IMG/VR virus record: IMGVR_UViG_3300014656_000087
Location: 1 to 32,507 of that record
From: a virus
Taxonomy: Duplodnaviria; Caudoviricetes
DNA: 32,507 nt
Direction: 5' to 3' (one strand)
The position numbers and the translations under genes are program-made. Shown here piece after piece: positions 25,522-32,507 of the stretch (position 1 is the stretch's first letter; each line of letters opens with the position of its first letter). Under the pieces are notes generated by a model. That model did not search any database. It had not been told where the DNA came from and saw nothing but the letters and a program-made list of their open reading frames with translations.

Positions 25522-25668
25522 TCAGTCTTTCTTCTTATGTGGTCTTAATCCTTGTGCGATCGCCCAGTTTACCCACTTATTAAATGTCATTCCTCGCCGT
25601 GTAGCTCTTCTGTTTATCTTCTCTAATAGACTAACTGGGATTCTTATGCCAATAGCTTTCGTATTCAT
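25522..25668 (-). CDS. Ribbon-helix-helix (Arc/CopG-like) transcription regulator
   Basis: MNTKAIGIRIPVSLLEKINRRATRRGMTFNKWVNWAIAQGL; first gene after a consensus promoter; AGGAG RBS. Confidence 0.75.
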   Translation of the reverse strand: MNTKAIGIRIPVSLLEKINRRATRRGMTFNKWVNWAIAQGLRPHKKKD

Positions 25669-25686
25669 CTGCTCTCCTATGTGCAC

Positions 25687-25716
25687 ATTATAAAAGAATG
25701 CTGTGCTCTTTGTCAA
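25687..25716 (-). promoter_or_regulatory. Consensus sigma70 early promoter
   Basis: TTGACA-N18-TATAAT. Confidence 0.85.
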
Positions 25717-25809
25717 ACCTGAATATCTCTATTGGCATATAACTACCTATATCTACCTCGCTATAACTCTTTATTGCTACGTTTATCTTCATATTACTAT
25801 GCGTAAGAG

Positions 25810-25845
25810 AAACAAAAACAACCGCCCCATCCTTTCGGACAGGGC
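25810..25845 (-). terminator. Intrinsic terminator ending the late operon
   Basis: GCCCTGTCC-GAAA-GGATGGGGC hairpin followed by GGTTGTTTTTGTTT. Confidence 0.7.
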
Positions 25846-25937
25846 ATAAGTGGTTTTACCCACAAAAAGGAAGGCCACAATTAAGATGGCCAGTACGATT
25901 ATACTTATTCTTCTATCAATGAGGCTCTATATGGCTC

Positions 25938-26354
25938 TCACGCAGGCACAGTCTTGCTCCAAAGCAGTTTTGTCTCCTGTGGTTCCCCTGTTTCAAGGTC
26001 AACGCCTCTTTGGAAGCAGGACACCTGGTAAAAACTCAGTGCCATAGTCTTCTTAACAAACTCCATTAAATCTTCCGGCGGGTCCACGTCTTTGCAGGTA
26101 AAGAGATTGATATTCACCCAGTGAAACTCAGGATAGGTATGGACAACGATATTACTCTCTCCCAAGAAGATTATACCGGACAGACCAGAATCCTTGAGGG
26201 GAGGATGGAGGGGATAGGAAGTATGATAGACTTGGGGTTCACCAAAGACAGTCATCTTGGCTTCCCGTGCAGCGTGCAGCAGCCATTGTTTCAGGGATTC
26301 CACATCCTTGAGCAGGTGTTTATTATGAGCTCTACCATCGATGAGGAGCTCCAT
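25938..26354 (-). CDS. speD: S-adenosylmethionine decarboxylase proenzyme (pyruvoyl-dependent, class 1b-like)
   Basis: GLSGIIFLGES-NIVVHTYPE...INLFTCK retains the cleavage E|S, the downstream His and the catalytic Cys. Confidence 0.85.
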   Translation of the reverse strand: MELLIDGRAHNKHLLKDVESLKQWLLHAAREAKMTVFGEPQVYHTSYPLHPPLKDSGLSGIIFLGESNIVVHTYPEFHWVNINLFTCKDVDPPEDLMEFVKKTMALSFYQVSCFQRGVDLETGEPQETKLLWSKTVPA

Positions 26355-26370
26355 GGTTTATCATACTCCA

Positions 26371-26697
26371 TTATGGCATTACCCCTGTAACTGAAAGAAT
26401 ATAAACGATAATATAGACCAAGGCAGTAATAAGCGCAATAGCGCCTCCACCTGTTGCTACCATCTTTTTCTTGTTCATTGGGAGTTTAATCAAACCATAT
26501 TTATCTTCGACCTCTGCGATGATTTCTAATTTACTGATACGCTCATGATTTTTACTCACCTTGTTATTGAGCTTCTCTAGGTGAGTGGTGATGGCTGGTA
26601 GTTTCTCCTCGCTAATGCCGTCTACCTTTAAGGCTATCAGGGCTGTTAGATATTGGGGGTCTTTCTCCAGGTAATCTTCTATCTTTCTTTCGGGCAT
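26371..26697 (-). CDS. Holin-like membrane protein (coiled coil plus C-terminal TM)
   Basis: HLEKLNNKVSKNHERISKLE coiled coil, then one hydrophobic helix; lysis-cassette position. Confidence 0.55.
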   Translation of the reverse strand: MPERKIEDYLEKDPQYLTALIALKVDGISEEKLPAITTHLEKLNNKVSKNHERISKLEIIAEVEDKYGLIKLPMNKKKMVATGGGAIALITALVYIIVYILSVTGVMP

Positions 26698-26967
26698 CTA
26701 ATCTCCTTTCTGATTTGGGACATACTCCTTCCCCCAAAATAGATGCCCTCCGATGTAGCCTACCGAGAACACCCATAGAATCTTCATTACAGTTACCCAG
26801 TCGAACTGATGCCCCAACCACACCCCTAGTGAGATAAGCCCAACAATCCAGAAGAACTCATATGTGTGCCATATATCTCGAAGGATAAATGTCCAGGGTC
26901 GGCCACCTATCCAATACCACAATCCCCACTTGTACGGATTTTTCCAAAACTTCTTCCACCAATTCAT
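26698..26967 (-). CDS. Small membrane protein (putative holin)
   Basis: MNWWKKF start coupled by ATGA; two TM segments; GHLFWG. Confidence 0.6.
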   Translation of the reverse strand: MNWWKKFWKNPYKWGLWYWIGGRPWTFILRDIWHTYEFFWIVGLISLGVWLGHQFDWVTVMKILWVFSVGYIGGHLFWGKEYVPNQKGD

Positions 26968-27089
26968 CTTAGCCTTATTAGCCGGTAAATAAATATAGCC
27001 AGCCCCGATACCGCCATCCCGATACCCAGCCAGCCTATCACTAGAAGGCACCAGATAAACGTAGAGGCCAATTGATTGATTGCTTCCAT
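26964..27089 (-). CDS. Small single-TM protein (41 aa)
   Basis: MEAINQLASTFIWCLLVIGWLGIGMAVSGLAIFIYRLIRLR; AGGAGG RBS. Confidence 0.6.
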   Translation of the reverse strand: MEAINQLASTFIWCLLVIGWLGIGMAVSGLAIFIYRLIRLR

Positions 27090-27102
27090 ATATTATATCC
27101 TC

Positions 27103-27843
27103 CTAGCCAGCGTATACGAGACTAATTGTATAAGTCACTTTCAATTGCCCGGTAGCTGCCACGGCTACTCCAGATGCGAGCTTGTCACGGGCTACCAGTA
27201 TGTACAGTCCCTCACTACCAGCCGCGTAACCACAGAAAACTAAACCAACTTCGGTAACTGTTATAGACCCACCACTGTTATTATTAAGATACCTCACCAA
27301 GTCCACATCATAGGTCTTGGTGCCAGCAGTATAAGTCTCAGCGTGGGCGTCATGTTCACCGTAGGCCAACTGGGTAGCAACGTTGCCATTCACAATCTTC
27401 GTTCCTAGAGCAAAATCCTCAAAGCTCTCAGCACCAGTTCCAGTGCCCACCAGGATACCGTAATCGTCATTGGCAGCTTCGGCTAAGTAACCTCCGTAAG
27501 CAAGGAGCGGAGTATCCATAGTATATAAGTCATCTGTTCCCATATTAGATATACATGAAGGGTAGGAACCATCTCTAACTGTGCCACCAGTATCTTTTAT
27601 ATTAAGATAACCACCACCAAAGGTAGTGGCATCATCCAAGTCCTTACCTGCCAACTGACTGAATAAATGGTTATAGGCGTTTCGTGTCCAGCTATGGCTT
27701 CTCTGCTTTCTCTTGGATAGAACGTTGCCATCCTTGTCCAGCACCTCCAGCGTCAAGAAAGCCTCAAAGACTGGCACTCCCAGTTTCTGACCTATTCTGG
27801 CAAACTCCCGATAATCTTTTTCTGTCTTTAATTCTGGGTTCAT
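27103..27843 (-). CDS. Tail/baseplate-associated structural protein
   Basis: GILVGTG...DFAL...N.SGGSITVTEVGL...L.ARD...L.VTY.I pattern seen in tail fibre N-terminal/baseplate proteins. Confidence 0.65.
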   Translation of the reverse strand: MNPELKTEKDYREFARIGQKLGVPVFEAFLTLEVLDKDGNVLSKRKQRSHSWTRNAYNHLFSQLAGKDLDDATTFGGGYLNIKDTGGTVRDGSYPSCISNMGTDDLYTMDTPLLAYGGYLAEAANDDYGILVGTGTGAESFEDFALGTKIVNGNVATQLAYGEHDAHAETYTAGTKTYDVDLVRYLNNNSGGSITVTEVGLVFCGYAAGSEGLYILVARDKLASGVAVAATGQLKVTYTISLVYAG

Positions 27844-27853
27844 ATCATTCCTC

Positions 27854-29884
27854 CTAGTGTGTTCCTATCCAGGCTTGCTGCCCCAATGGTTGAGTTACGA
27901 TTGATGTGTAAGCTGAGACTCTGCCTCGTATCCAGTATTTATTTGCCAGGATAATAGTGGCTGTTGCCCAATCTCCCGGTCTAAGAAAGGCTACACTACC
28001 TGACTGGGTGAAGCCGACTGTCGTATCACTGAGTCCTGTTAGGGCTACCCAACTTGACCCATTATAGTATTCCCAAACAATAGTCCAGACGCCATCACCA
28101 GCCGTGCTTATCTCCAGAGAGAGCCAGTCCCATTGTGCGTCTGCCCCAAAGTAGTAGGCGTCATTCGCCACGGGAACGGCCGGTAATAAGGTCATATCGT
28201 TGGCAGTGGCATTATTGGCTGGAGTTGTTTCGTCTGTCTGGGCACCACCATCATCGGCAATAGCCCCCGTAACGGCTGCTACCGTATATGCCGCCGCCGC
28301 CGCTGATACTGTAGGCACAGTTAAAGCTGGCAACGAGATAGGTGCAGTAAACGCACCCCCTGAATGGTCTTCGGCAGTCGCTAGAACAATGGTCGGGGTA
28401 GGTATAGCTAAAGACGCAGCAATCGCCCTATTCACTGCACCCGTAAGGAAGTTAATCAGTGCTTCGATGTCAAACCATTCCGGGTTTATCCCTTCTCCAA
28501 GACTACGCAACAGCCAGTATCCTGTGCTGGCCGAAGGTCCCAACCTTTCAGCTTCGTTTTTACCTCTAAAAAGAATATCTCCCCAGGTGGTCATTACGGC
28601 TTGCTTAATAAAATCCAGGTCCAGATATTCCAGGTAAGCCATCATATTCTCGACTATTTCCCAGAGTTGCTTTATCAGGCTGTAAAGGTCATTAGTCGAG
28701 ATACCTCCCCCAGTGGCAGTTTGAGGCAGGGCGGTTCCGCTTAGCCCCTTTAAGGTTACCTTGCCAAAACTAATAGCCAACCCCCACTCGCCCCCACCGC
28801 AGGTTGTGACCATTTCAACTACATTGCCGATAGCGTTCTGGCCTTCCCTGGTATCTGTTACTTTGACGTAATCCCATACTTCTTGGCCAACATTCATTGG
28901 CACAGAAATAAAACCTTTTTGAGCATCTACCTGATGACCTGCCAGTATGGATTCAGCAAGGTTCGTTGCCTCAACATTACTCTTTACCCGATAGAAGTGG
29001 TAATCCCTTTTATCCATCAGGGCGAAGCTCTCAGTATCTTCCCCTGCACCGATGAAGTCAGGGTTATCCTGCATCGGCCAAGCTACAACCACGTGGTTTG
29101 GGATAACCAATCTATCACGATAACCCTTTTCGTAGAAGCTGTGTGACCCCGATGCCAGACTATATTCATAGTCGTATGATGCTCCAGTAGTTGTCGGCAC
29201 AAAGATATGGATTTCGGCATTGTCGGCGCCGTCATTTTCTATTCTGAAACGGCAGGTGGTAAAGCTAAGTAATTGCTTTAGCTTAAATAACCTGGATGCC
29301 CTGGGCTGGACTCTGAAGCTGGTCTTGGGCATATAGCTGGCAATGACAGCATCTTCACTATCAAACACCACAGTATAGGCATCGGTGTGAGTAAAGCCAG
29401 TCATCGTGCCATCCAGCAATGCAGTAATAAGAGCTTTCACTGTATTGGTGTCATCGGCGGTAGGGTAGTATCCCACACTGCTTCTGTCTGTTTGGAGCAT
29501 ACTGGAGACACCAGCCAAACTTAAAGAAAAGAGAAGGTTACTTCGGTTGCTTCGGGGCTTGCCCACAAAAGACCGGAACTGTTGAGCTATAACCCACATC
29601 GGCGCTCGCGCTGAGTATCTATCAACTCCATTGGCATCGGTCATACCAATACTAATAACGCCCTTCCAAGCTCGGAAGTCAACGCTATTGAGGCTCTGGT
29701 CGTAATTGGTAAGTAATACCTCAGCACCTTGACTATCATCGCTCTCTTCGTGGCGTATGAAGTAAATCTTGTCCTGCTCGTAGGTTACATCGCTCTCCCC
29801 AGATTTAGAGAGCACAATCTTGTAAAGCCCTTTGATAGAGCCTTGTTTCTGGGCAGCCGTTAAATCTACGTGAAGGGTTCTCAT
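27854..29884 (-). CDS. Tail (hub/receptor-binding) protein
   Basis: N-terminal tail-hub-like region, central helical and GDILFRG motif, C-terminal beta-rich WEYYNGSSW...YWIRGR domain. Confidence 0.65.
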   Translation of the reverse strand: MRTLHVDLTAAQKQGSIKGLYKIVLSKSGESDVTYEQDKIYFIRHEESDDSQGAEVLLTNYDQSLNSVDFRAWKGVISIGMTDANGVDRYSARAPMWVIAQQFRSFVGKPRSNRSNLLFSLSLAGVSSMLQTDRSSVGYYPTADDTNTVKALITALLDGTMTGFTHTDAYTVVFDSEDAVIASYMPKTSFRVQPRASRLFKLKQLLSFTTCRFRIENDGADNAEIHIFVPTTTGASYDYEYSLASGSHSFYEKGYRDRLVIPNHVVVAWPMQDNPDFIGAGEDTESFALMDKRDYHFYRVKSNVEATNLAESILAGHQVDAQKGFISVPMNVGQEVWDYVKVTDTREGQNAIGNVVEMVTTCGGGEWGLAISFGKVTLKGLSGTALPQTATGGGISTNDLYSLIKQLWEIVENMMAYLEYLDLDFIKQAVMTTWGDILFRGKNEAERLGPSASTGYWLLRSLGEGINPEWFDIEALINFLTGAVNRAIAASLAIPTPTIVLATAEDHSGGAFTAPISLPALTVPTVSAAAAAYTVAAVTGAIADDGGAQTDETTPANNATANDMTLLPAVPVANDAYYFGADAQWDWLSLEISTAGDGVWTIVWEYYNGSSWVALTGLSDTTVGFTQSGSVAFLRPGDWATATIILANKYWIRGRVSAYTSIVTQPLGQQAWIGTH

Positions 29885-29891
29885 TTAACTC

Positions 29892-30488
29892 CTACTTTAC
29901 ATCGGGGTAGCGAACACCAAACTTAGATGTAATACCGCCTATCAATCGAGACATTACCTTCTGCTCCCTGCGTTCCCCAGCCGTAATATAACTGCGCCAA
30001 GTGTCAGCACCACCTATATTTATTGACTCTATCCTGTCTAAACTGATGTTCTGAAGCAGGTGGGAAGCCACCAGCTCAACCAGTATCCCCTCCTGCGTCC
30101 GGTCTAAAGTATTGGTAGAACCTGAAACAGTATGGGGAGCCGAGTACCAGATGTAAGCCGTGTCAGACGATGATACCGAGGGGAGATACGTATCCAGAAT
30201 GACACTTCCACCCCTGCGTGAAGCGGTAACATATCTCTTGGGATGCTTATCAATCGGGAACTCCACCTCATCCACATCTAGTAGGTCGGCAATAGAGGCC
30301 AGACTTAGTTCCCTGGCGGTCCCGGCAAAGGAAACAGTAGCCTGGGCTAGTTGAGGCTGGTAGTCGGAGAGTAGTCTAATGTCCAGCTCCATCTGGGCAG
30401 CAACAGTTGCCGTGCCCCAGATGGCCGTTGCCGAGTCATTAAGTGCCGTTGAAATCCTGTTTATTATCTGAGCTTCAGTCCAAGCCAT
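29892..30488 (-). CDS. Head-tail adaptor-like protein
   Basis: I..RI...LND....W....N-terminal pattern of phage adaptors; upstream of the tail genes. Confidence 0.6.
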   Translation of the reverse strand: MAWTEAQIINRISTALNDSATAIWGTATVAAQMELDIRLLSDYQPQLAQATVSFAGTARELSLASIADLLDVDEVEFPIDKHPKRYVTASRRGGSVILDTYLPSVSSSDTAYIWYSAPHTVSGSTNTLDRTQEGILVELVASHLLQNISLDRIESINIGGADTWRSYITAGERREQKVMSRLIGGITSKFGVRYPDVK

Positions 30489-30655
30489 TATTTACCTCCA
30501 GTTGGCTTACTACCACAGTATTCCTTTAGAGTTTCCTCACTCATCTCCTCTGCCATCTTAGCTGCTTCTGCACTGTAGCTCTTGGGAGTCAAGCCCCTCT
30601 TAATCGAAAGGGCTACACAGAATATACGTCTCTGCGCTTCCGTTTTAGCTGGCAT
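30488..30655 (-). CDS. DUF3008-like small protein (55 aa)
   Basis: MPAKTEAQRRIFCVALSIKRGLTPKS...MAEEMSEETLKEY matches the DUF3008 pattern MPAKS.AQ...AL.AKRG...MSE..L.E. Confidence 0.7.
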   Translation of the reverse strand: MPAKTEAQRRIFCVALSIKRGLTPKSYSAEAAKMAEEMSEETLKEYCGSKPTGGK

Positions 30656-30665
30656 CACTCACCCC

Positions 30666-31832
30666 CTACTGAACACTAAATCCTTTGAAAGCCTCCAGCT
30701 CTTTATAGTCTAACATATCGGTGCGACAGTAGACCTTGCCGTAGCAATACTCACTGTAGTCACCATTTACCTTATGCCCTCTGGCTGTGACTTCTTTATC
30801 GAGTTCCGTCCCGGGAAATGGACAGGCAAATACCCACCCGTAGAAGGAAGGTTTTATCTCTTTGATTAGAGCATCCGTAGTAGCCAATGTTCTCAGTGTC
30901 TCCCCGGGCATCCCAACAATAAAGCTGCACTGAGACTGGATACCCACTTCGTGGGTCAGGGCTACAGCTCTCTTAATCTCTGATACCATTATCCCCTTCT
31001 TCATATGGTCAAGCATCTGCTGGCTACCGCTCTCGATGCCAAAAAAGATATTCCAGACTCCAGCTTCCCTTGCCTTATCCAAGAACTCCCTGGTCAACAG
31101 GTTCTCATTCACCCGACAGTCTATTTTGAACAGCATCTCCTTATGGAGTCCGTTCTTAATTAAGCCATCAAATATCTCAAACGCCCACTTGTGATTGAGA
31201 TTAAAGGTATCATCCTGAAAGAATATCTCATCAATGCCGTACTGGTTGTGGAGTAATTCAATTTCACCCACTACAGATTGTGGTGCTCGGTATCTTACTT
31301 TCTTGCCCCAGAAAAGGGGAGTATTACAGAATGTGCATTGATATGGGCACCCCCGGCTGGCCATTAGCGCTAGGGAAGGAGTAGCCCCGACCGGGCTAAT
31401 TCCCGAGAACCTGTCGAGGTTGACCAAACTATAATCAGGGATAGGAATATCATCAATAGTCTTGATGTCTGGCTCTGCCCCAATGAACTCAAGCCAGACA
31501 TTCTCGCCCTCGCCAATGACTACCTTGTCTACTTTGCCGTCTACTTTCATGTCCCAGGCACAGGCGTGGGGGCCACCGACAATTACTTTAGCGTTGTGGT
31601 TTTTGGCCAACCTAGCGGTAGCTCTGGCCGATTTTACTTGAAAGGTATTCACTGTGATACCCACTATCTCAGGCTTCCACTTCCAGTCTATCTCTTCAAT
31701 ATCGAGGTGTACTATCTTGACATCGTGACCCCTTTGGGATGCTAAGGTTCCCAGTATCAGTAAAGCCCGTGACGGTGTCTCAGGTAGCCTTTTGCCGGTA
31801 TTAAAGTCGGGTTGCACAAGTAATATCCTCAT
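30666..31832 (-). CDS. Cobalamin-binding radical SAM protein (class B methyltransferase-like)
   Basis: N-terminal B12-binding domain (MRILLVQP...IVGIT...VGGPHA...GEGE), SRGCPYQCTFC, FQDDTF, GIESGSQ, FIVGMPGET and PFPGT. Confidence 0.92.
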   Translation of the reverse strand: MRILLVQPDFNTGKRLPETPSRALLILGTLASQRGHDVKIVHLDIEEIDWKWKPEIVGITVNTFQVKSARATARLAKNHNAKVIVGGPHACAWDMKVDGKVDKVVIGEGENVWLEFIGAEPDIKTIDDIPIPDYSLVNLDRFSGISPVGATPSLALMASRGCPYQCTFCNTPLFWGKKVRYRAPQSVVGEIELLHNQYGIDEIFFQDDTFNLNHKWAFEIFDGLIKNGLHKEMLFKIDCRVNENLLTREFLDKAREAGVWNIFFGIESGSQQMLDHMKKGIMVSEIKRAVALTHEVGIQSQCSFIVGMPGETLRTLATTDALIKEIKPSFYGWVFACPFPGTELDKEVTARGHKVNGDYSEYCYGKVYCRTDMLDYKELEAFKGFSVQ

Positions 31833-32507
31833 CTACCTCCTTTCTGGCAAAGCACAAACATCTGAGTGCTCACGTAGTAGCGGTCTTCATAGACCCTTGT
31901 TCTTTTGTCCCAGTCCTTAAACTCACCTAATACCTGAGTGAACCCTTGCTCTGCCATAGGCAGTAGTGAACTCAGAATATAAGGGACATTACCCCTTTTC
32001 TTGATTACCTCGAACCCCTGTGATTTCAACTCACCCAGGAAGCTACTCGGCATATAGGCTCGCCGATGGATTATCCCATCCAGAGGGAAACTAAAAGCAT
32101 TGGGGGTTGTAATGAGTAACAATCCCTGCGGTCTTAATACCCTATTAATCTCATCGAAAACGGCTTGCTCATCAAGGACGTGCTCAATTAACTCCCGGCA
32201 TATCACCATATCAAAGGAGACATCATCAAACGGCAAGGCAGAGGCATCGGCTTCTATTACACCATCATCGCCTACAATATCCGTTCTGATAACCTCCTTC
32301 GCATTTATGGCAGCCAAAAGTTCCTGTTCAATCCAGTGTCTAGCCCCTACTGCCAGCACCTTTTTATCGTGGCAAATATCACCAAGCATCTCCAGGCAAA
32401 TCTCGTTCCGATTGCGGTTATACCAAAGGTCTGCCTCATAGTTACGGCGACTGGTATCTTCCCAGTACTCGTCGGCTATCTGAGCATGGTCCTGGTATAA
32501 TTGTTTG
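31829..32507 (-). CDS. Class I SAM-dependent methyltransferase (5' end beyond the window)
   Basis: VLAVGA...DI...ADASALPFDDVSFDMVICRELIEHV...RVLRPQGLLLITTPN. The frame stays open upstream of the annotated Met (KQLYQDHAQIADEYWED...) to the window edge. Confidence 0.85.
   Translation of the reverse strand, partial: KQLYQDHAQIADEYWEDTSRRNYEADLWYNRNRNEICLEMLGDICHDKKVLAVGARHWIEQELLAAINAKEVIRTDIVGDDGVIEADASALPFDDVSFDMVICRELIEHVLDEQAVFDEINRVLRPQGLLLITTPNAFSFPLDGIIHRRAYMPSSFLGELKSQGFEVIKKRGNVPYILSSLLPMAEQGFTQVLGEFKDWDKRTRVYEDRYYVSTQMFVLCQKGGR

Noticed and set aside
25485-25525. CTGACGA on the minus strand as a hammerhead ribozyme core
   Set aside because: No stem II followed by GAAA and no stem III/cleavage triplet in the proper arrangement.
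25669-25716. TTG-start extension of the RHH gene given in the track
   Set aside because: The extension coincides with the TTGACA/TATAAT promoter; the ATG at 25668 has its own RBS.
26968-27051. N-terminal extension of ORF 26698..27051
   Set aside because: It overlaps a better-supported 41-aa TM gene with a strong RBS; ATGA coupling indicates the start at 26967.

Overview
The window is most of a tailed dsDNA bacteriophage genome (about 47-50% GC by eye), almost entirely on the minus strand. It looks circularly permuted: the first 60 codons of a P22-type coat gene sit at the left edge, and genes that would follow the capsid run in from the right edge. In transcription order from a perfect sigma70 promoter at 25687-25716 come early genes: an RHH regulator, a C2H2 finger, an Ala-repeat protein, a Gp3-like recombination protein, a candidate ~350-nt structured RNA and a VRR-NUC nuclease. 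Next is a hyperplastic array of small genes with an N4/N6 DNA methylase and an HNH, then a DnaD-type initiator and a DnaC-like loader. A three-gene plus-strand module and an iteron/AT-rich origin-like element follow. Then come terS, terL, small accessory genes, portal, a 2352-aa polyvalent/ejection-like protein with an ADP-ribosyltransferase-like domain, scaffold and coat. The right end holds a SAM methyltransferase, a B12-binding radical SAM enzyme, a DUF3008-like protein, an adaptor, tail proteins, three small membrane proteins, an AdoMet decarboxylase and a terminator. The most unusual signals are: (1) two families of short repeats in 15.3-20.4 kb that encode micro-peptides conserved by synonymous changes and sit at gene junctions and truncation breakpoints, suggesting a cassette-shuffling system; (2) an origin-like iteron array located outside the initiator gene; (3) a candidate novel ncRNA; (4) a promoter-carrying HNH cassette that regenerates the 5' end of a methylase; (5) putative virion-modifying enzymes in the structural operon. 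All family assignments are from motif recognition by eye, with no database searches.
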